A stretch of DNA of 46,464 bases, taken from NCBI GenBank assembly GCA_964345725.1, contig CAYFSE010000225.1, positions 1 through 46,464 on the forward strand. Reading direction: 5' to 3'. Below are positions 44,035 to 46,464 of this stretch, one piece after another. The translations under genes and the position numbers were made by a program. The notes beneath the pieces are model-generated. The model saw only the letters and a list, made by a program, of their open reading frames with translations, ran no database searches and was not told the DNA's origin. Source of the DNA: an uncultured Dehalococcoidales bacterium. GTDB taxonomy: Bacteria; Chloroflexota; Dehalococcoidia; GIF9; AB-539-J10. Each line of letters opens with the position of its first letter. Position 1 is the first letter of the stretch.

Positions 44035-44135
44035 TTGCGAGGCTGACGCGAGCAGCCGAAGCCGCTTAGGAGATTGCCACGCCCCGACAGGTCGGGCCTC
44101 GCAAAGACAGAAAGGGGAGGGCTCGGGATGACAGG
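44035..44135. repeat. Palindromic short repeat element, the same family as at 12086
   Basis: A 9-bp perfect inverted repeat, TTGCGAGGC (44035-44043) / GCCTCGCAA (44096-44104), encloses GATTGCC...CCCGACAGGTCGGG. It is followed by CTCGCAAAGAC and GAGGGCTCGGGATGACA. A related GAGGCTCGGGACGACA lies at about 44308. Confidence 0.35.
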
Positions 44136-44250
44136 GGGAGTGGAGAAAAATAGAGTTGAGCCCTTTGTTAACAGCATCTTAACATTTAGGTGTTAGACTT
44201 CAAGTGGCAAAAGAGCGACAGTGTCAAGCGCATACAAGGGACAAGGTCGA

Positions 44251-44280
44251 TTGACAAGGGTTGGGAAGAGAACATATAAT
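44251..44280 (+). promoter_or_regulatory. Near-consensus sigma70-type promoter
   Basis: TTGACA (44251-44256), an 18-nt spacer, then TATAAT (44275-44280). Confidence 0.45.
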
Positions 44281-44515
44281 CGAAGTCGGTATGCGCGGGA
44301 AAAGAACGGAGGCTCGGGACGACATCACTCAAGCTGACAGTAAGACTCGGATATAGCACAAGGCCTACTGTTTTTCCCCACATCGGAGCCTATCACTGTG
44401 CCGCGATTGGCAGGCGAACCAAGCTCAGAAGCCCAAAAAAAGAAGAAAGGAGGTGAGGCCCAGGGTAAACGCCTATTGAGATCAGATAATTAGCGTAGCA
44501 TGAAAGGAGGGTGAT

Positions 44516-46464
44516 TTGAAGAAAGCATTATTAGCATTAGTGGCTGTATTCCTTATCGCGAGTATAGGATTATCATGTACAGAGGAGTATGTGCCTCCGG
44601 AGGAACCGCCAGAAGTCCGGTGTACCATCATCAGAGACAATTATGGAGTGCCGCACGTTTTCGCAGACACCAAAGAGGACCTGGCCTTCGGGGCTGGCTA
44701 TGCCATGGCCCAGGACAGGCTCTGGCAGGCGGATGTTGTGAGGAGGGCGGCAACCGGACGGCTTGCCGAGTTCGGCCTGGGAACAATAGAGGGGGATATT
44801 GCCACCAGAACACTGTGGTATAGCGAAGATGACTTACTAGAGATTTTTGACGACTGGGACCCTGGTGAAGGCTACGAGCACCTGAAGCCGATGGTCGAGG
44901 CTTACATAGATGGCATAAACACTTATGTTGTAAAAACTCAGGGCGATTTATTGTCTCTGCCTGTTGAGTATTACGCACAGGGCCTGACGCCCGAGCTCTT
45001 CACGGTTGCAGACTATGTAGCCGTTCTTGTGCTCCAGGCGTGGAGATTTGGTGGAACAGGCGGTAACGAAGGTGACTTGTACGAGGCGTTACTTGGTCTT
45101 CAAGGTGTGAACGGAGCTGCAGCCGGGGCTGCCATCTGGGACGATTTGTTCACCCTGGATGACGCCGGAGCACCTGTGACGATACCCGGCCAGTCGCTGA
45201 CCGCTCTTTCCGCGGATGAGGCTTCCTTGGATGTCGCCGGCAACCTCGGCCCGGTACTGGAGCAGGCTCAGGAGTTGTGGGCCACTCAGGATGAAGCGTT
45301 CGAAGCGCTGGGCATACCGACGAAATTCGGAAGCAACGCTGTGCTCATCAGTCCGGAATTGTCGGCCACGGGCAACGCCCTTGAACTGGGAGGACCCCAG
45401 ATGGGCTACTCGATACCGCAGATTGTCTATGAGCTGGGCTTGCATGGCGCCGGAATCAATGCCGTGGGCATGGCAATGCCCGGTGCAGGTCCGTTCATTT
45501 TGATCGGCGTCAGCGAACATGGCGCCTGGACATCAACCACCGGCGCTTCCGATGTCATGGATGCCCGTATCCTGACATTGAATCCTGCGAAGCCAACCCA
45601 GTACTGGCATGATGGTGCCTGGGTCGATATGGAGAGAAGAAACGAGGTAGTCTATGGTCCAGGGAAGCAGACTTACCAGGCCACGAGCGTTTATCGCTCC
45701 GTCTATGGCCCTGTTATTTCCATGGATCTGAGCGCAAACACGGCCGTCACCTTGCATACGCCATTCTACAAGATGGAGGTTGGCGCTGAGCAGGGCTGGG
45801 CATGCTTCCAGGAAGCAACAAACATCGACGAATTCGAAGACGCCGTGGAACTGATCTGGCCCAGCCACAACTTCTACTGGGCGGACACAGAGGGCAACAT
45901 AGGCTACTGGCATGCCGGACGCTTCCCACTGAAGCCGGCAGGCGCCGACCGCAGACTGCCTCTGGATGGCGATGGAACACAAGAGTGGGTTCGTGTCACC
46001 GAGCCCTGGGAGATGCCCAGGTCCATCAACCCGGAGCAGGGCTGGCTTACCAACTGGAACAACAAGCCGATCGCCGGCTGGCCGTACGCCGAAAGTGACG
46101 TGGCCTGGGGTGAGGGGCACCGGGTCCAGATCCTGATGGACGCAATAAGCACATTCGCGGCCTCAGGGGACCTGACCACGGACACTTTGAACCAGATCAA
46201 CCAGGTTGGAGGCTATCACAGCACCGAGGGCATGAACTTCGCCGGAGACTTGATAGCCGCGCTCACGGCCTATGTGTCGGCGACCCCTGACCCTGAGCTC
46301 TATGCAGCGCTGGGTTACCTGGGCGCCTGGGCTATGGCAGAGCCCCTACCTGTCAGCCGAGTCGATCTTGTGTCACCCGCCTGGCCGTACGACCTCAATC
46401 CCACGTATGATCATCCCGGCCTGACAATCTTCAACGCCTGGTTCGACAAGATCATTCCCGAGGT
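44516..46464 (+). CDS. Penicillin acylase / Ntn-hydrolase (S45) family lipoprotein. The 3' end lies outside the window.
   Basis: My own translation from TTG 44516, which follows an AAGGAGG SD. The lipobox is SIGLSC. DNYGVPHVFA...FGAGYAMAQDRLWQ follows, with the putative Ser nucleophile in TKFGSNAVLI and NFYWADTEGNIGY. It is absent from the ORF track because it is open-ended. Confidence 0.85.
   Translation, partial: MKKALLALVAVFLIASIGLSCTEEYVPPEEPPEVRCTIIRDNYGVPHVFADTKEDLAFGAGYAMAQDRLWQADVVRRAATGRLAEFGLGTIEGDIATRTLWYSEDDLLEIFDDWDPGEGYEHLKPMVEAYIDGINTYVVKTQGDLLSLPVEYYAQGLTPELFTVADYVAVLVLQAWRFGGTGGNEGDLYEALLGLQGVNGAAAGAAIWDDLFTLDDAGAPVTIPGQSLTALSADEASLDVAGNLGPVLEQAQELWATQDEAFEALGIPTKFGSNAVLISPELSATGNALELGGPQMGYSIPQIVYELGLHGAGINAVGMAMPGAGPFILIGVSEHGAWTSTTGASDVMDARILTLNPAKPTQYWHDGAWVDMERRNEVVYGPGKQTYQATSVYRSVYGPVISMDLSANTAVTLHTPFYKMEVGAEQGWACFQEATNIDEFEDAVELIWPSHNFYWADTEGNIGYWHAGRFPLKPAGADRRLPLDGDGTQEWVRVTEPWEMPRSINPEQGWLTNWNNKPIAGWPYAESDVAWGEGHRVQILMDAISTFAASGDLTTDTLNQINQVGGYHSTEGMNFAGDLIAALTAYVSATPDPELYAALGYLGAWAMAEPLPVSRVDLVSPAWPYDLNPTYDHPGLTIFNAWFDKIIPE

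Noticed and set aside
43953-44383. Minus-strand ORFs of 74 and 65 aa in the cutA-acylase intergenic region.
   Set aside because: They overlap the palindromic repeat elements, which are known to generate spurious small ORFs. They have no SD and no motifs.
44631-46200. Several 75-195-aa ORFs in other frames of the acylase region.
   Set aside because: They are artefacts of high GC. The plus-strand frame from 44516 translates into a continuous penicillin-acylase-family protein.

Overview
This is a dense, mostly co-directional chromosomal segment with strong AGGAGG-type ribosome-binding sites. By eye it is roughly 45-50% GC, rising visibly after about 44.5 kb. The gene content suggests an uncultivated strict anaerobe that mixes bacterial and archaeal-type enzymes. 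I found no rRNA, tRNA, CRISPR array, transposase or integrase.

Gene order:
- hisG/hisZ (minus strand), with hisG running off the left edge.
- An NfeD-long / NfeD-short / stomatin operon.
- A split methylmalonyl-CoA mutase with its epimerase.
- A minus-strand operon thi4 - COG1900 - NIL/ferredoxin - COG2122(UPF0280) - pyrD, which is the sulfide-dependent homocysteine route known from methanogens.
- An orphan ABC substrate-binding protein, then cysS.
- About 18 kb of plus-strand genes dominated by sulfur trafficking: Rrf2 regulator, cysK, a second thi4 paralog, cysE, and a Cys/Met PLP enzyme.
- A duplication scar containing gene debris.
- An FtsX-type ABC pair, two four-Cys DUF2318-like ectodomain proteins, a variant TlpA-like protein and two Ig/PKD-like repeat proteins.
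- A ThrC-family enzyme, a stand-alone NIL protein, nifS, a Cys-rich lipoprotein, a zinc ribbon, a 2x[4Fe-4S] protein, iscU, a PurM-superfamily protein and mnmA.
- An ArsR-controlled arsenic/thiol-redox island: a decayed arsM, two ArsP-like permeases (one with an inserted YHS domain), thioredoxin-like proteins, a CcdA-like protein, an MtrA-like corrinoid/Fe-S protein coupled to acr3, then MOSC, fdhD, nadA and cutA.
- A GC-richer penicillin-acylase-family gene that runs off the right edge.

Best candidates for undescribed biology:
1. The ABC/DUF2318-like/TlpA-like/Ig-repeat envelope module (21.0-26.8 kb), which carries several junction duplications.
2. The ThrC-like + NIL + NifS ... IscU + PurM-like + MnmA sulfur-relay operon (26.9-33.9 kb).
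3. The MtrA-like corrinoid protein coupled to acr3, next to a dead arsM (38.5-40.4 kb).
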